From Salinisphaeraceae bacterium (GTDB taxonomy: Bacteria; Pseudomonadota; Gammaproteobacteria; Nevskiales; Salinisphaeraceae), in contig OZ244134.1 in the NCBI GenBank assembly GCA_965216055.1, positions 520,781 through 584,780 of the forward strand: 64,000 bases of DNA, written 5' to 3'. Under the pieces are notes generated by a model. That model saw nothing but the letters and a program-made list of their open reading frames with translations. It had not been told where the DNA came from and did no database searches. Positions 19,868-29,721 of the stretch are shown here, in pieces (position 1 is the first letter of the stretch; every line of letters starts with the position of its first letter). The position numbers were made by a program, and so were the translations under genes.

Positions 19868-20689
19868 ATGACCGACATGTCCGAACCCGCCCTGCAACAC
19901 AATATCGGCACCGATCCGCTGATGATCGCCGGCCGCGCCTATCAGTCGCGGCTGCTGGTGGGTACCGGCAAGTATCGCGATCTGACCCAGACCGGCGAGG
20001 CCATCGCCGCCTCGGGCGCGGAGATCGTCACGGTGGCAATCCGGCGCACCAACATCGGCCAGAACCCGAACGAGCCCAACCTGCTGGACGTGATCTCGCC
20101 GGACCGCTACACCCTGCTGCCCAACACCGCCGGCTGTTTCACCGCGGATGACGCGGTGCGCACCTGTCGCCTGGCGCGCGAACTGCTCGACGGCCACAAG
20201 CTGGTGAAGCTGGAAGTGCTGGGCGACCCCACAACGCTGTACCCGGACATGGCCGCCACCTTCGACGCCGCCGAAACGCTGATCGCCGACGGCTTCGACG
20301 TGATGGTCTACTGCATCGACGACCCCATCGCCTGCCGCCGGCTGGAGGACATGGGCTGCGTGGCGGTGATGCCGCTGGCGGCACCCATCGGCTCCGGCCT
20401 GGGCATCCAGAACCGATACAACATCCTGACCATCGTGGAAAACGCGAGCGTGCCGATTCTGGTGGACGCAGGCGTGGGCACCGCCTCCGACGCGGCCATC
20501 GCCATGGAGCTGGGCTGCGACGGCGTGCTCATGAACACCGCGATCGCCGAGGCGAGGGATCCGGTACTCATGGCCAGCGCCATGCGTCACGCCATCATCG
20601 GCGGCCGCCAGGCGCTCAAGGCCGGGCGCATGCCGCGGCGGCGCAACGCCTCTGCATCATCGCCTTCGGACGGGCTGCTGGATGCCTGA
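19868..20689 (+). CDS. thiG: Thiazole synthase ThiG
   Basis: [35 protein letters not shown] and [10 protein letters not shown]. Confidence 0.96.
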   Translation: MTDMSEPALQHNIGTDPLMIAGRAYQSRLLVGTGKYRDLTQTGEAIAASGAEIVTVAIRRTNIGQNPNEPNLLDVISPDRYTLLPNTAGCFTADDAVRTCRLARELLDGHKLVKLEVLGDPTTLYPDMAATFDAAETLIADGFDVMVYCIDDPIACRRLEDMGCVAVMPLAAPIGSGLGIQNRYNILTIVENASVPILVDAGVGTASDAAIAMELGCDGVLMNTAIAEARDPVLMASAMRHAIIGGRQALKAGRMPRRRNASASSPSDGLLDA

Positions 20690-20718
20690 CTCACCGGCGC
20701 GCATCTGATACACGAAAC

Positions 20719-21423
20719 TTGAAACCCGAAACCCGCAACGACGATCCGGCCACGCCGGATCGCCGCATCCGCAGCTTCGTCAAGCGTGAGGGCCGTCTCA
20801 CTCCGGGCCAGCAACGCAACCTCGAGGACCTGTGGCCCCGCTTCGGCCTCGACCCCGCCGACGGCGCCTTCGACTGGGCGGCCATTTTCGGCCGCGATGT
20901 CCCCCGCACCCTGGAAATCGGCTTCGGCGCCGGCGAGGTCCTGGCGACGCTGGCGGCGGCCCAACCGGACGAGGATTTCATCGGCATCGAGGTCTATCGC
21001 AGCGGCGTGGGCCGGCTGCTGGGCGAAGCCGCGCAGGGCCAGATGACCAATCTGCGGGCAATCTGCGCCGACGCCATCGAGGTCATCGATCACGCCATCC
21101 CCACGGCATCGCTGGATACCGTACTGCTCTACTTCCCCGACCCCTGGCCGAAGAAGCGCCACCACAAGCGGCGGCTGGTGCAGACCGCCTTCGCCGATCG
21201 CGTTCACCGCATCCTCAAACCCGGCGGCGTGTGGCGCCTGGCCACCGACTGGGCCAACTACGCCGAGTGGATGCGCGAGGTGCTCGACGTGCATCCGGGG
21301 TTCGAGAACATCGGCGACGACAACGGCTGCGTCAGCCAGCCGCCCCGCCCGGCCACCCGCTTCGAGCAGCGGGGCCTGCGGCGCGGTCACGCCGTGGTGG
21401 ACCTTGCCTATCGCCGCCGCTGA
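20719..21423 (+). CDS. trmB: tRNA (guanine-N7)-methyltransferase TrmB
   Basis: IRSFVKREGRLT, LEIGFGAGE, FPDPWPKKRHHKRRL and ATDWANYA. Confidence 0.95.
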   Translation: MKPETRNDDPATPDRRIRSFVKREGRLTPGQQRNLEDLWPRFGLDPADGAFDWAAIFGRDVPRTLEIGFGAGEVLATLAAAQPDEDFIGIEVYRSGVGRLLGEAAQGQMTNLRAICADAIEVIDHAIPTASLDTVLLYFPDPWPKKRHHKRRLVQTAFADRVHRILKPGGVWRLATDWANYAEWMREVLDVHPGFENIGDDNGCVSQPPRPATRFEQRGLRRGHAVVDLAYRRR

Positions 21424-21467
21424 CGCCACTGTAGGCGCCGATTTCACGCGCCACTAGGAGTTGTCTC

Positions 21468-22508
21468 ATGGAAATGCGCCGCCTCGGTCGCACCGATCTC
21501 GACGTCAGCCTGATCTGCCTGGGCACCATGACCTGGGGCGAGCAGAACACCGAGGCCGACGCCCACGAACAGCTTGATTACGCGCTGGAACGGGGCATCA
21601 ACTTCATCGACGCCGCCGAGATGTATCCGGTGCCGCCGAAGGCCGACACCGCCGGGCGCACCGAGCAGTACATCGGCACCTGGCTGGCCCGGCGCGGCAA
21701 ACGCGATGACGTGGTGCTGGCCAGCAAGGTCACCGGCCGCAGCGAGATGAGCTGGCTGCGCGACGGCGACAACCCAGCGCTGAGCCCGGCGCAGGTCCGC
21801 CGCGCGCTGGAAGCCAGCCTCAAGCGCCTACAGACGGATTATCTCGATCTGTATCAGGTGCACTGGCCGGATCGGCGCACCAACACCTTCGGCCGGCTGG
21901 GCTACGTCCACAAGCCGCTGCCCGACGAAGTCGCCATCGAGGACACCCTGGGTGAACTGGGCCGCATGGTGGACGAGGGCAAGATCCGGCACGTGGGCAT
22001 TTCCAACGAAACCCCCTGGGGCCTGATGCGCTACGTGGAGATCGCCGAGCGCACCGGCCTGCCGCGGGTGGTGTCGGTGCAGAATCCCTATTCCCTGCTC
22101 AACCGCACCTTCGAGATCGGCCTGGCGGAATGCGCCGAGCGCGAGGACGTGCGCCTGCTGGCCTATTCGCCGCTGGCCTTCGGCGTGCTTGCCGGCAAGT
22201 ATCTCGACGGCGCGCGCCCGGACGGGGCGCGGCTGACCCTGTTCGAGCGGTTTTCCCGCTATAGCAATCCGGCCGGCGAGGCCGCAACGGCCGAGTACGT
22301 GAAACTGGCGCGTGATCACGGGCTGGATCCCGCCCAGATGGCGCTGGCCTGGTGCAACTCGCGCAGCTTTCTGACCAGCACCATCATCGGCGCCACCAGC
22401 ATGGAGCAGCTTAGGACCGACATCGACAGCGCGGATCTGCAGCTGTCCGACGAGGTCTGCGCGGAAATCGAGACCATTCACACCCGTCACCCCAATCCCT
22501 GCCCCTGA
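21468..22508 (+). CDS. tas: NADP(H)-dependent aldo-keto reductase (Tas-like)
   Basis: ICLGTMTWGEQN, DAAEMYPVPP, DLYQVHWPDR, SNETPWG and AYSPLAFG. Confidence 0.9.
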   Translation: MEMRRLGRTDLDVSLICLGTMTWGEQNTEADAHEQLDYALERGINFIDAAEMYPVPPKADTAGRTEQYIGTWLARRGKRDDVVLASKVTGRSEMSWLRDGDNPALSPAQVRRALEASLKRLQTDYLDLYQVHWPDRRTNTFGRLGYVHKPLPDEVAIEDTLGELGRMVDEGKIRHVGISNETPWGLMRYVEIAERTGLPRVVSVQNPYSLLNRTFEIGLAECAEREDVRLLAYSPLAFGVLAGKYLDGARPDGARLTLFERFSRYSNPAGEAATAEYVKLARDHGLDPAQMALAWCNSRSFLTSTIIGATSMEQLRTDIDSADLQLSDEVCAEIETIHTRHPNPCP

Positions 22509-22639
22509 TCCGGGCACAACTTCCCGGCGGATCAGTCGCTTCCGGCGCCCTCGCCCGGACGGGGTTTGCAAGCGCGGCCGAGCGGCGTATAGGTAGACAT
22601 CGGGCACAGGCAACGTCACTCAAGACGAGGAGGTGCACG

Positions 22640-22939
22640 ATGCCCCGTCGGCTATACGAGATCGAGATCGGCGACTGGTACCACAGCCCGTGGACAAGCG
22701 CCCGCTTCGAGGTAGTGGCCATGGACGAGGCCAGCCGCGCGGTGGAAATCCAGTACGAGGACGGCACGGTCGAGGAAATCGACTACGAGAGCTGGCCACA
22801 GCTGGAAGCCGAGGATGCCGGGCCGCCCGACGACGTGACCGGCGCGCTGGACACCGAGCCCGAGGACGACGACCGGACGGGCCTGAACCTCGACGGGCTG
22901 GACGATCCGTTCGAAGAACTGGACTACCTGCTTCACTGA
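22640..22939 (+). CDS. Small acidic protein, DUF6763-like
   Basis: IGDWY...FEVVAMDE...VEIQYEDGTVEEID pattern; strong RBS GAGGAGG upstream. Confidence 0.7.
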   Translation: MPRRLYEIEIGDWYHSPWTSARFEVVAMDEASRAVEIQYEDGTVEEIDYESWPQLEAEDAGPPDDVTGALDTEPEDDDRTGLNLDGLDDPFEELDYLLH

Positions 22940-22947
22940 GCGATTTC

Positions 22948-24372
22948 TTACGCCCAGGCGTAGTGGGGGATGCCGGTATCGACGTGCCCGGGCTCGTCGC
23001 GATTACCGATACGATCGATGACGAATGCTCCGGACGCGGCCGGCACATCAGCCCGACCGTCATGCAGCGCCTCGTAACCTGCCCGATCAAGATCGACGGC
23101 CCCGTCCAGGGCGGCGCGGAAATTGATGCGTCCGGCCGCTGCCTGCCAACCCGACACCAACGTCAACGGCAACACCTCGGCGGCGTCGCCGCTGCCGTAA
23201 CCAATCGCGAGCCAACGCGGCCCGGGTGCCGCAGTCTGCTCCACCGCTTCTGACAGCCCCGCCGCCAACCAGGCCGGCAGGGAAGCCGTGTAAAGATTGC
23301 CGCAGGCCCGCATCGTGGTCCGACCGGGCCCCAGACGTCCCAGCACGACCTCGCGATAATCCTCGCGCCGGCGCCAGGCTCGTATCAGTGCCATGGTGGC
23401 AGGGTAACGCTCGGCATCCATCGGAATATCAGCATCGGGCCCGCCAATCTCCCGCCCGGGCGCCAGCTCGGCCGCGAGCCCTGGCAGGTCCACACCAGCC
23501 TCGTCGCAGAGCGCACGCAACGCCTGCGGGGCACCCGCCAGCCAGGCCTTCAGGCACAGCATGGCCCAGGCAGTCTCCGGCATGCGGGCGTAGGGTCGAT
23601 GCAGAAACACTGCGTCCCAGTCCGTCGCGCCCGCCGCGTCGGGTCGCGGCGGCATGTCATCAAAGGCCGTCGCAACCGTATCGAGATAGCAGGCGGTGGA
23701 GTAGCGGCCGTTGAATACCGGAAAATCTCGCGGTCGAACCTGGTCCGTAGGCTGGCCCGTAAACCGGGCGAATGGCTTGCGAAAGTCCGCGCCTCGATAC
23801 CGTGAAGCCCGGCCGGCCGCGCCCATGTCCACCGAGACCAGGCGGGGCTCGGCCTCTAGCAACATGGCCACGGCCCCGGCTCCCTGGGTGGCTTCGCCGC
23901 TGCTACCGCGCGCATACTCGGCGATATCGGCGCTGACCACGATTGCCTGTCGGCCCATGCCGTCAGTCGCCAGATAGCGCAACGCCTGCTTCACTCCATA
24001 TATACCGCCCAGACAGGCATGCTTGATCTCGGGCACCTCACAGTCCGTCGCCAGGGGCGCCCGGCCGCGCCGCTCGAGGTAGCCATCGAGCATCCCGCGG
24101 AGTATCACCGCACCTGCAGCATTATCGCTGGCTGACTCGGTGCCCAGCACCAGCATGCCTACGGCGCGCGGATCCACATCATAGGCCTCGATAAGCCGCA
24201 CCGCAGCAGTGGCTGCCAACGCGTAGACATCCTGTTCCGGGCCCGCCATGCGGAAGCTGTCGCCAATCACTCCCGCAATCTTTTCGGCAGACTGGCCGGT
24301 CCAGCGGGACCAGTCAGCAAGATTGACGCGATGTGGCGGGAGATAGACGGAAAATCCGCTGATACCCGGCAT
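22948..24372 (-). CDS. mvaS: Hydroxymethylglutaryl-CoA synthase
   Basis: Catalytic Glu (GTES), Cys (EIKHACLGG) and His (FLHRPY), plus EATQGAGAVA, GNLYTAS and YGSG. Confidence 0.88.
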   Translation of the reverse strand: MPGISGFSVYLPPHRVNLADWSRWTGQSAEKIAGVIGDSFRMAGPEQDVYALAATAAVRLIEAYDVDPRAVGMLVLGTESASDNAAGAVILRGMLDGYLERRGRAPLATDCEVPEIKHACLGGIYGVKQALRYLATDGMGRQAIVVSADIAEYARGSSGEATQGAGAVAMLLEAEPRLVSVDMGAAGRASRYRGADFRKPFARFTGQPTDQVRPRDFPVFNGRYSTACYLDTVATAFDDMPPRPDAAGATDWDAVFLHRPYARMPETAWAMLCLKAWLAGAPQALRALCDEAGVDLPGLAAELAPGREIGGPDADIPMDAERYPATMALIRAWRRREDYREVVLGRLGPGRTTMRACGNLYTASLPAWLAAGLSEAVEQTAAPGPRWLAIGYGSGDAAEVLPLTLVSGWQAAAGRINFRAALDGAVDLDRAGYEALHDGRADVPAASGAFVIDRIGNRDEPGHVDTGIPHYAWA

Positions 24373-24458
24373 GGGCCGGTGCCTTCGCTGAAGTGAATGG
24401 GTACGAAATATTACCAGTTGTGTCCGGAACTGACGTCACCTCGGCTACACTGCGCGGC

Positions 24459-25439
24459 ATGCAAGCTGCCGCCCGCGCCCACGCCAACATCGCGCTGATC
24501 AAGTACTGGGGCAAGCGCAACCATGCGCTCAATCTGCCGGCCACCGGGTCCATCTCGGTGACGCTGGATGCCCTGTATTCGGAAACCCGGGTCCGCTTCG
24601 ACCCGGCCCTGCGCGCCGACGCGATCACACTGGAAAGCGGCGGCGATGCCGAACGGGTCAGTCGTTTCCTCGACCTGGTCCGGGCGCTGGCGGGCATGGA
24701 TGTGCGCGCCGATGTGCGCTCCCGCAACAACTTCCCCACCGGGGCCGGGCTGGCGTCGTCGGCTTCCGGCTTCGCCGCGCTGGCGCTGGCCGCCTGTCGG
24801 GCGGCCGGTATCGAGGCCTCGCCGTCCGAACTGTCGGCGCTGGCACGCCAGGGCTCCGGCTCGGCGGCCCGGTCCCTGTACGGCGGTTTCGTGGAGATGC
24901 AGCGCGGTCGCGACGACCGGAGCGGCGCAGATGCCCACGCCGTGCCGTTGCTGGCCGCGTCCGAGTGGCCGCTGGCGGTGGTGGTGGCAATCATCGACAC
25001 CGGCAGCAAGGCGGTTGGTTCCACCGACGGCATGACGCGGACCGCCGCGACATCGCCCTTCCATGACGCCTGGGTAGCCGGCGCCGGCGCGGACCTGGCC
25101 GCCATGCGGACCGCAATCCGTGACCGGAACCTCGAACGCGTGGGCGAACTCACCGAACACAGCTGTCTGAAGATGCATGCCACCATGCTCGGCGCGCGAC
25201 CGGGGCTGATCTACTGGCAGCCGGCCACCCTGGCGGCTTGGCAGACACTGGCGGACTTGCGCGCCGACGGGCTGCCCGCCTACGGCACCATCGATGCCGG
25301 CCCGCAGGTCAAGGCCCTGTGCCGAATCTCGGACACCGAAACCGTGGCTGCCGCCCTGGGACAGGTACCCGGCGTGCGTGACGTGCGCATCAGCCGCCTC
25401 GGCCCGGACGCCGGCCTGATCTCGGACCCGTGGGCGTAA
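24459..25439 (+). CDS. mvaD: Diphosphomevalonate decarboxylase
   Basis: ANIALIKYWGK, GAGLASSASG, GSGSAARS and TIDAGPQVK. Confidence 0.93.
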   Translation: MQAAARAHANIALIKYWGKRNHALNLPATGSISVTLDALYSETRVRFDPALRADAITLESGGDAERVSRFLDLVRALAGMDVRADVRSRNNFPTGAGLASSASGFAALALAACRAAGIEASPSELSALARQGSGSAARSLYGGFVEMQRGRDDRSGADAHAVPLLAASEWPLAVVVAIIDTGSKAVGSTDGMTRTAATSPFHDAWVAGAGADLAAMRTAIRDRNLERVGELTEHSCLKMHATMLGARPGLIYWQPATLAAWQTLADLRADGLPAYGTIDAGPQVKALCRISDTETVAAALGQVPGVRDVRISRLGPDAGLISDPWA

Positions 25440-26452
25440 CCGCCACCGCCCCGGGCAAGCTGTTCCTGCTGGGCGAATACGCCGTGCTCCACGGCGCGCC
25501 GGCCCTGCTGGCCGCCATGGACGCCCGCTGCCGGGTTTGGCTGGAACCCGCCGATTCCTGGCGGCTGACGGCCCGACCGCTGGGTCTGGCCGATCTGGCG
25601 CTGGCCGATGACGGCGGCCCGCCGAAGAGCGCGACCGAGGATCTTCGGCGTGCGCTGGCGGTGTTCGACGCCGTGCGGCGCACGGTGACGCATGATCACG
25701 AGCTTCCGCCGCTTAGCGTCACCATCGACACCCGCGCCTTCTTCCGCGGTGATCACAAGCTGGGACTGGGCGCCAGCGCCGCCGTTGCGGTGACGCTGAC
25801 CGCCGCCATGCACCGCCTGCTGGGTTATCCCGAGGATCATGCCGCGATTGCCGATGCGGCCACCCGGGCGCACCGCATGGCCCAGGGCGGCGAAGGCAGC
25901 GGCGCCGATGTCGCCACGTCGGTGTACGGCGGCATTGTCGAGTTCGTGGCCGGACAACCGGTACGACCACGGGACTGGCCGCCCGGCCTGCACGCGCGGC
26001 CGGTGATAACCGGCGACGGCGCCGACACCCGCGAACTGGTGGCGGCGGTGCGTCACCTGGCAGTGATCGACCCTGCCGGCCACGACACGGCGATGTCGCG
26101 CCTGGCCGATATCGCCGACCGGGGACGGACGGCGACCGTGCGGTCGGATATCCCCGCGCTGCTCGACGCCTGCCGGGCCGGCCTGGACGCCCTGACCGCC
26201 CTCGGCACGGCCGCCGGGGCCGGGATCGTCACCGTGCGGCATCGGGCGCTGGCCGACGCCATGGCCGGCACCGGCGCGGTGTTCAAGACCACCGGGGCGG
26301 GCGGCGGCGACCTGGGCCTGATCCTGGCGCCCTCGCAGGCCGCGCTCGACGCGGCAACCCGCGCCGCGGAAAGCCTCGGTCATGGCTGTCCGGCACTGGA
26401 ATTCGGGGCAGGCGGGGTGGTTGCCACCGACGTGTCGGGAGCGGTCAGGTAA
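25430..26452 (+). CDS. GHMP kinase, probable phosphomevalonate kinase
   Basis: APGKLFLLGEYAVL, KLGLGASAA, GSGADVA and KTTGAGGGD; operon context. Confidence 0.8.
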   Translation: MGVTATAPGKLFLLGEYAVLHGAPALLAAMDARCRVWLEPADSWRLTARPLGLADLALADDGGPPKSATEDLRRALAVFDAVRRTVTHDHELPPLSVTIDTRAFFRGDHKLGLGASAAVAVTLTAAMHRLLGYPEDHAAIADAATRAHRMAQGGEGSGADVATSVYGGIVEFVAGQPVRPRDWPPGLHARPVITGDGADTRELVAAVRHLAVIDPAGHDTAMSRLADIADRGRTATVRSDIPALLDACRAGLDALTALGTAAGAGIVTVRHRALADAMAGTGAVFKTTGAGGGDLGLILAPSQAALDAATRAAESLGHGCPALEFGAGGVVATDVSGAVR

Positions 26453-26519
26453 AATACCGTTGAGCCGGCCAGCCGGCCGCAACGCCGCCTTCGGTGAAAT
26501 CCAACCACCGCACCCAGCG

Positions 26520-28793
26520 ATGAGCCGTTCCCGCATCCCCGAGTTCTACAAATTCTCCGTGGCCAACCGGCTGCGGGTGCTTTACGAGCGTGAGGTCCTC
26601 AGCGAGGCCGAGTACCACATGCTCATGGACGGCAAGCACCTGCTGGACGCCGCCAAGGCGGACCGGCTGGTGGAGAACGTGATCGGCGCGTTCTCGCTGC
26701 CCATGGGGCTGGGGCTGAATTTCCTGGTCAACGGCAAGGATTACCTGGTGCCGATGGTGGTGGAGGAACCCTCCATCATTGCCGCGGTATCGTCGGCGGC
26801 TAAGGTGATGCGCAGCGCCGGGGGCATCCGCGTGGACGCCGACGAGCCCATGCTGATCGGCCAGATCCAGGTCATGGATGTCGGCCATCCGGCCCGTGCG
26901 CGCCAGGCCCTGCTGGCCCGCAGCGAGGAGATCCTGAATCTGGCCAACAGCCTGCACCCCAAGATGGTCAGCCGCGGCGGCGGGGCCCGCGACGTGGAGA
27001 TTCACCTGCACAGCGCCCAGGGCGCGCGCGGCGACATGCTGGTGGTGCACCTGATCGTGGATACCCGCGACGCCATGGGCGCCAACCTGGTCAACACCAT
27101 GTGCGAGGGCGTAGCCCCGCTGGTGGAGAAGATCACCAACGGCAAGGTGTTCCTGCGCATCCTGTCCAACCTGACCGACCGGGCAATGGTACGGGCGCGG
27201 GTGGAAGTGCCGGTGGCGCAGCTCGGCAACGGTACGTTCTCCGGCGAGCAGGTGCGCGACGGCATCGCGCTGGCCACGGATTTCGCCGCCGCCGACCCTT
27301 ACCGGGCGGCCACCCACAACAAGGGCATCATGAACGGCATCGATGCCGTGGCCATCGCCACCGGCAACGACTGGCGGGCGATCGAGGCCGCCGCCCACGC
27401 CTACGCCGCCCGCGACGGGCACTACACCTCGCTGACCAAGTGGTACGCCAACGAGGCCGGCAATCTGGTGGGCGAGCTGGACCTGCCGCTGAAGGTGGGC
27501 ACGGTGGGCGGTCAGGTGCAGTCCAACCAGGCAGTGATGATCGCCCACCGGCTGCTGGGCGTGGACAGCGCGCGCGAGCTGGCCGGGGTGATGGCCGCGG
27601 TGGGCCTGGCCCAGAACTATGCCGCGCTGAGGGCGCTGTCCACCGACGGCATCCAGCGCGGTCACATGACCCTGCATGCCCGCAGCGTGGCGATCGCCGC
27701 CGGCGCGGAGGAAAGCCAGTTCGACGCGGTGGTGGAAGAGCTGATCGCCTCCGGAGACATCAAGGTCTGGAAGGCGCGGGAAATTCTCGACGGCATGGGC
27801 GAGACCACAACCGCCGGAGATGGCAGTCCGGCCACCGCCGCGTTCACCGCCGACAACGTGGAAGCCGGCGCCGGCTATGCCAAGATCATCCTGCTGGGCG
27901 AGCATTCCGTGGTCTACGGCAAGCACGCCATCGCCGCCCCCATCCCGCTGACCATCCGCGCCGATGTCCAGCGCCAGGAATCCGGCACCACCCTGTTCAT
28001 CCCGCGCTGGGGGGTGGAAACCGAACTGCACCCGCCGACCACCGCGGACAACGCCCTGCACAAGTCGATGGACCTGATCCTGCAGCGGCTGGGGGTGCGC
28101 GACGAACCCATGCGGGTGGAGGTCTATCCCCATGTGCCGCGGGCGGTCGGCCTGGGCGCCTCGGCTGCACTGGCGGTGGCGGTGATCCGCGGCGTAACCG
28201 AAGCCTTCGACATCGACCTGGACGACGCCCGGATCAACGAACTGGCCTACGAGTGCGAACAGATTGCCCATGGCACCCCCAGCGGCATCGACAACACCCT
28301 GGCCACCTACGGCCGGCCGATCCTGTTCCGCAAGGGCGAATTGCCCGGCAGCGCCCCTGCCATCCGCGAGGTGCACCCGGCCCGGCCGATCCCGGTGGTC
28401 ATCGGCCTGTCCGGCGTACGCACCCTGACCGCCCAGACCGTGGGCCGCGTGCGCGCCGCCTGGCAGGCGCACCCGGAACGCTACGAGCCGATCTTCGACC
28501 AGATCGACCAGCTGGCCCTGGCCGGTGTCGACGCGCTGGAACAGGGCGATATCGCCACGCTCGGCGAACTGATGAATATCGACCAGGGGCTGCTCAACGC
28601 CCTGCAGGTTTCCTGCTGGGAGGTGGAGGAACTGGTGCAGATCGCCCGCGAGAACGGCGCCCTGGGGGCCAAGCTCACCGGCGGCGGCGGCGGCGGCGCG
28701 GTGATTGCCGTGGCCGAGGCCGACCGCACCGAGGGCATCGCCATCGCCATGCGGCGGGCCGGCTATGACACCTTCATCACCGAGATCCGGTAG
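26520..28793 (+). CDS. Fusion of class II HMG-CoA reductase (N-terminal) and mevalonate kinase (C-terminal)
   Basis: HMGR motifs ENVIG, DAMGAN, THNKGIMNG, QRGHMTLH, then in the same frame MVK motifs KIILLGEHSVVYG, PRAVGLGASAA, HGTPSGID, KLTGGGGGG. Confidence 0.9.
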   Translation: MSRSRIPEFYKFSVANRLRVLYEREVLSEAEYHMLMDGKHLLDAAKADRLVENVIGAFSLPMGLGLNFLVNGKDYLVPMVVEEPSIIAAVSSAAKVMRSAGGIRVDADEPMLIGQIQVMDVGHPARARQALLARSEEILNLANSLHPKMVSRGGGARDVEIHLHSAQGARGDMLVVHLIVDTRDAMGANLVNTMCEGVAPLVEKITNGKVFLRILSNLTDRAMVRARVEVPVAQLGNGTFSGEQVRDGIALATDFAAADPYRAATHNKGIMNGIDAVAIATGNDWRAIEAAAHAYAARDGHYTSLTKWYANEAGNLVGELDLPLKVGTVGGQVQSNQAVMIAHRLLGVDSARELAGVMAAVGLAQNYAALRALSTDGIQRGHMTLHARSVAIAAGAEESQFDAVVEELIASGDIKVWKAREILDGMGETTTAGDGSPATAAFTADNVEAGAGYAKIILLGEHSVVYGKHAIAAPIPLTIRADVQRQESGTTLFIPRWGVETELHPPTTADNALHKSMDLILQRLGVRDEPMRVEVYPHVPRAVGLGASAALAVAVIRGVTEAFDIDLDDARINELAYECEQIAHGTPSGIDNTLATYGRPILFRKGELPGSAPAIREVHPARPIPVVIGLSGVRTLTAQTVGRVRAAWQAHPERYEPIFDQIDQLALAGVDALEQGDIATLGELMNIDQGLLNALQVSCWEVEELVQIARENGALGAKLTGGGGGGAVIAVAEADRTEGIAIAMRRAGYDTFITEIR

Positions 28794-28810
28794 CGGGCCT
28801 TGGCTTTCTT

Positions 28811-28965
28811 TAACCGCAAAGGGCGCAAAGGCAACGCAGTGTTTATTGTGCGTCGCAGCTGGGCAAGGGACACGACGATGCGTTTCGTGCTGCCGGCGTC
28901 CCCGGCCGAGATAATGCCGACCAGAACGAACACCTCTTCGCGGAACTTTGCGCCCTTTGCGGTTA
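28811..28965. repeat. 155-bp palindromic extragenic element with perfect 20-bp terminal inverted repeats
   Basis: TAACCGCAAAGGGCGCAAAG (28811-28830) and its exact reverse complement (28946-28965). Confidence 0.75.
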
Positions 28966-28986
28966 GCGCTTCGGTGAGCTGAGCCC

Positions 28987-29571
28987 ATGCAGACCACCAC
29001 GCCAGCCAACCACGCGGTTGTCTCCTTCGACGACGAGCCGCTGATCCGGGTCGACAGCCAGGACAATCTGCTCGGCTTCGAGTCCAAGGAGGCCTGCCAC
29101 GACGGCGACGGCCTGCTGCACCGGGCCTTCTCCATCTTCCTGTTCGACCGGTCGGGCCGGCTTCTGCTGCAGCAGCGCAGCGACCAGAAGCGCCTGTGGC
29201 CGGGCTACTGGGCCAACAGCTGCTGCAGCCACCCGCGCCGGGGCGAATCCGACGGCGAGGCCGCGGCGCGTCGCATCCGCGAGGAACTGGACGTGAGCCC
29301 GCCGCTGACGTTTCTCTACCGGTTCGAGTACCACGCCCGCTATGGCGAGCTGGGCTCGGAACACGAGCTGTGCTCGGTCTACGCCGCGGTGGACGACAAC
29401 CCGGTGCGGATCAATGTCAACGAGATCGCCGACATCCGGTGGATCGAACCGGATGTGCTGGACCTCGAACTGGCGAAGCATCCCGAGCGCTACGCGCCCT
29501 GGCTGAAGCTGGAGTGGCCGCGACTCCGGGAGCAACACTGGGACCGCGTCCTGACTGGACAGGCGCCATGA
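28987..29571 (+). CDS. idi: Isopentenyl-diphosphate delta-isomerase, type I (Nudix fold)
   Basis: LLHRAFSIFLF, WANSCCSHP and EHELC. Confidence 0.93.
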   Translation: MQTTTPANHAVVSFDDEPLIRVDSQDNLLGFESKEACHDGDGLLHRAFSIFLFDRSGRLLLQQRSDQKRLWPGYWANSCCSHPRRGESDGEAAARRIREELDVSPPLTFLYRFEYHARYGELGSEHELCSVYAAVDDNPVRINVNEIADIRWIEPDVLDLELAKHPERYAPWLKLEWPRLREQHWDRVLTGQAP

Positions 29572-29629
29572 ATGGCGCGCTACGCAAGATCAGTCAACCT
29601 ATGCGTCGTAGGGCCGCATTCATGCGGCC
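29562..29629. repeat. Pair of inverted GTAG-type REP sequences
   Basis: The reverse complement of 29562-29583 is GTAGCGCGCCATTCATGGCGCC; 29608-29629 is GTAGGGCCGCATTCATGCGGCC. Confidence 0.75.
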
Positions 29630-29721
29630 GGGTGGTGTGAACTGCGGGATCCGGAAAAGCCGGGAATTGATCGCGTCCGGCTTGCAGTCAGCAGGTAGGG
29701 CCGGCGCCGCGAATGATTCGT

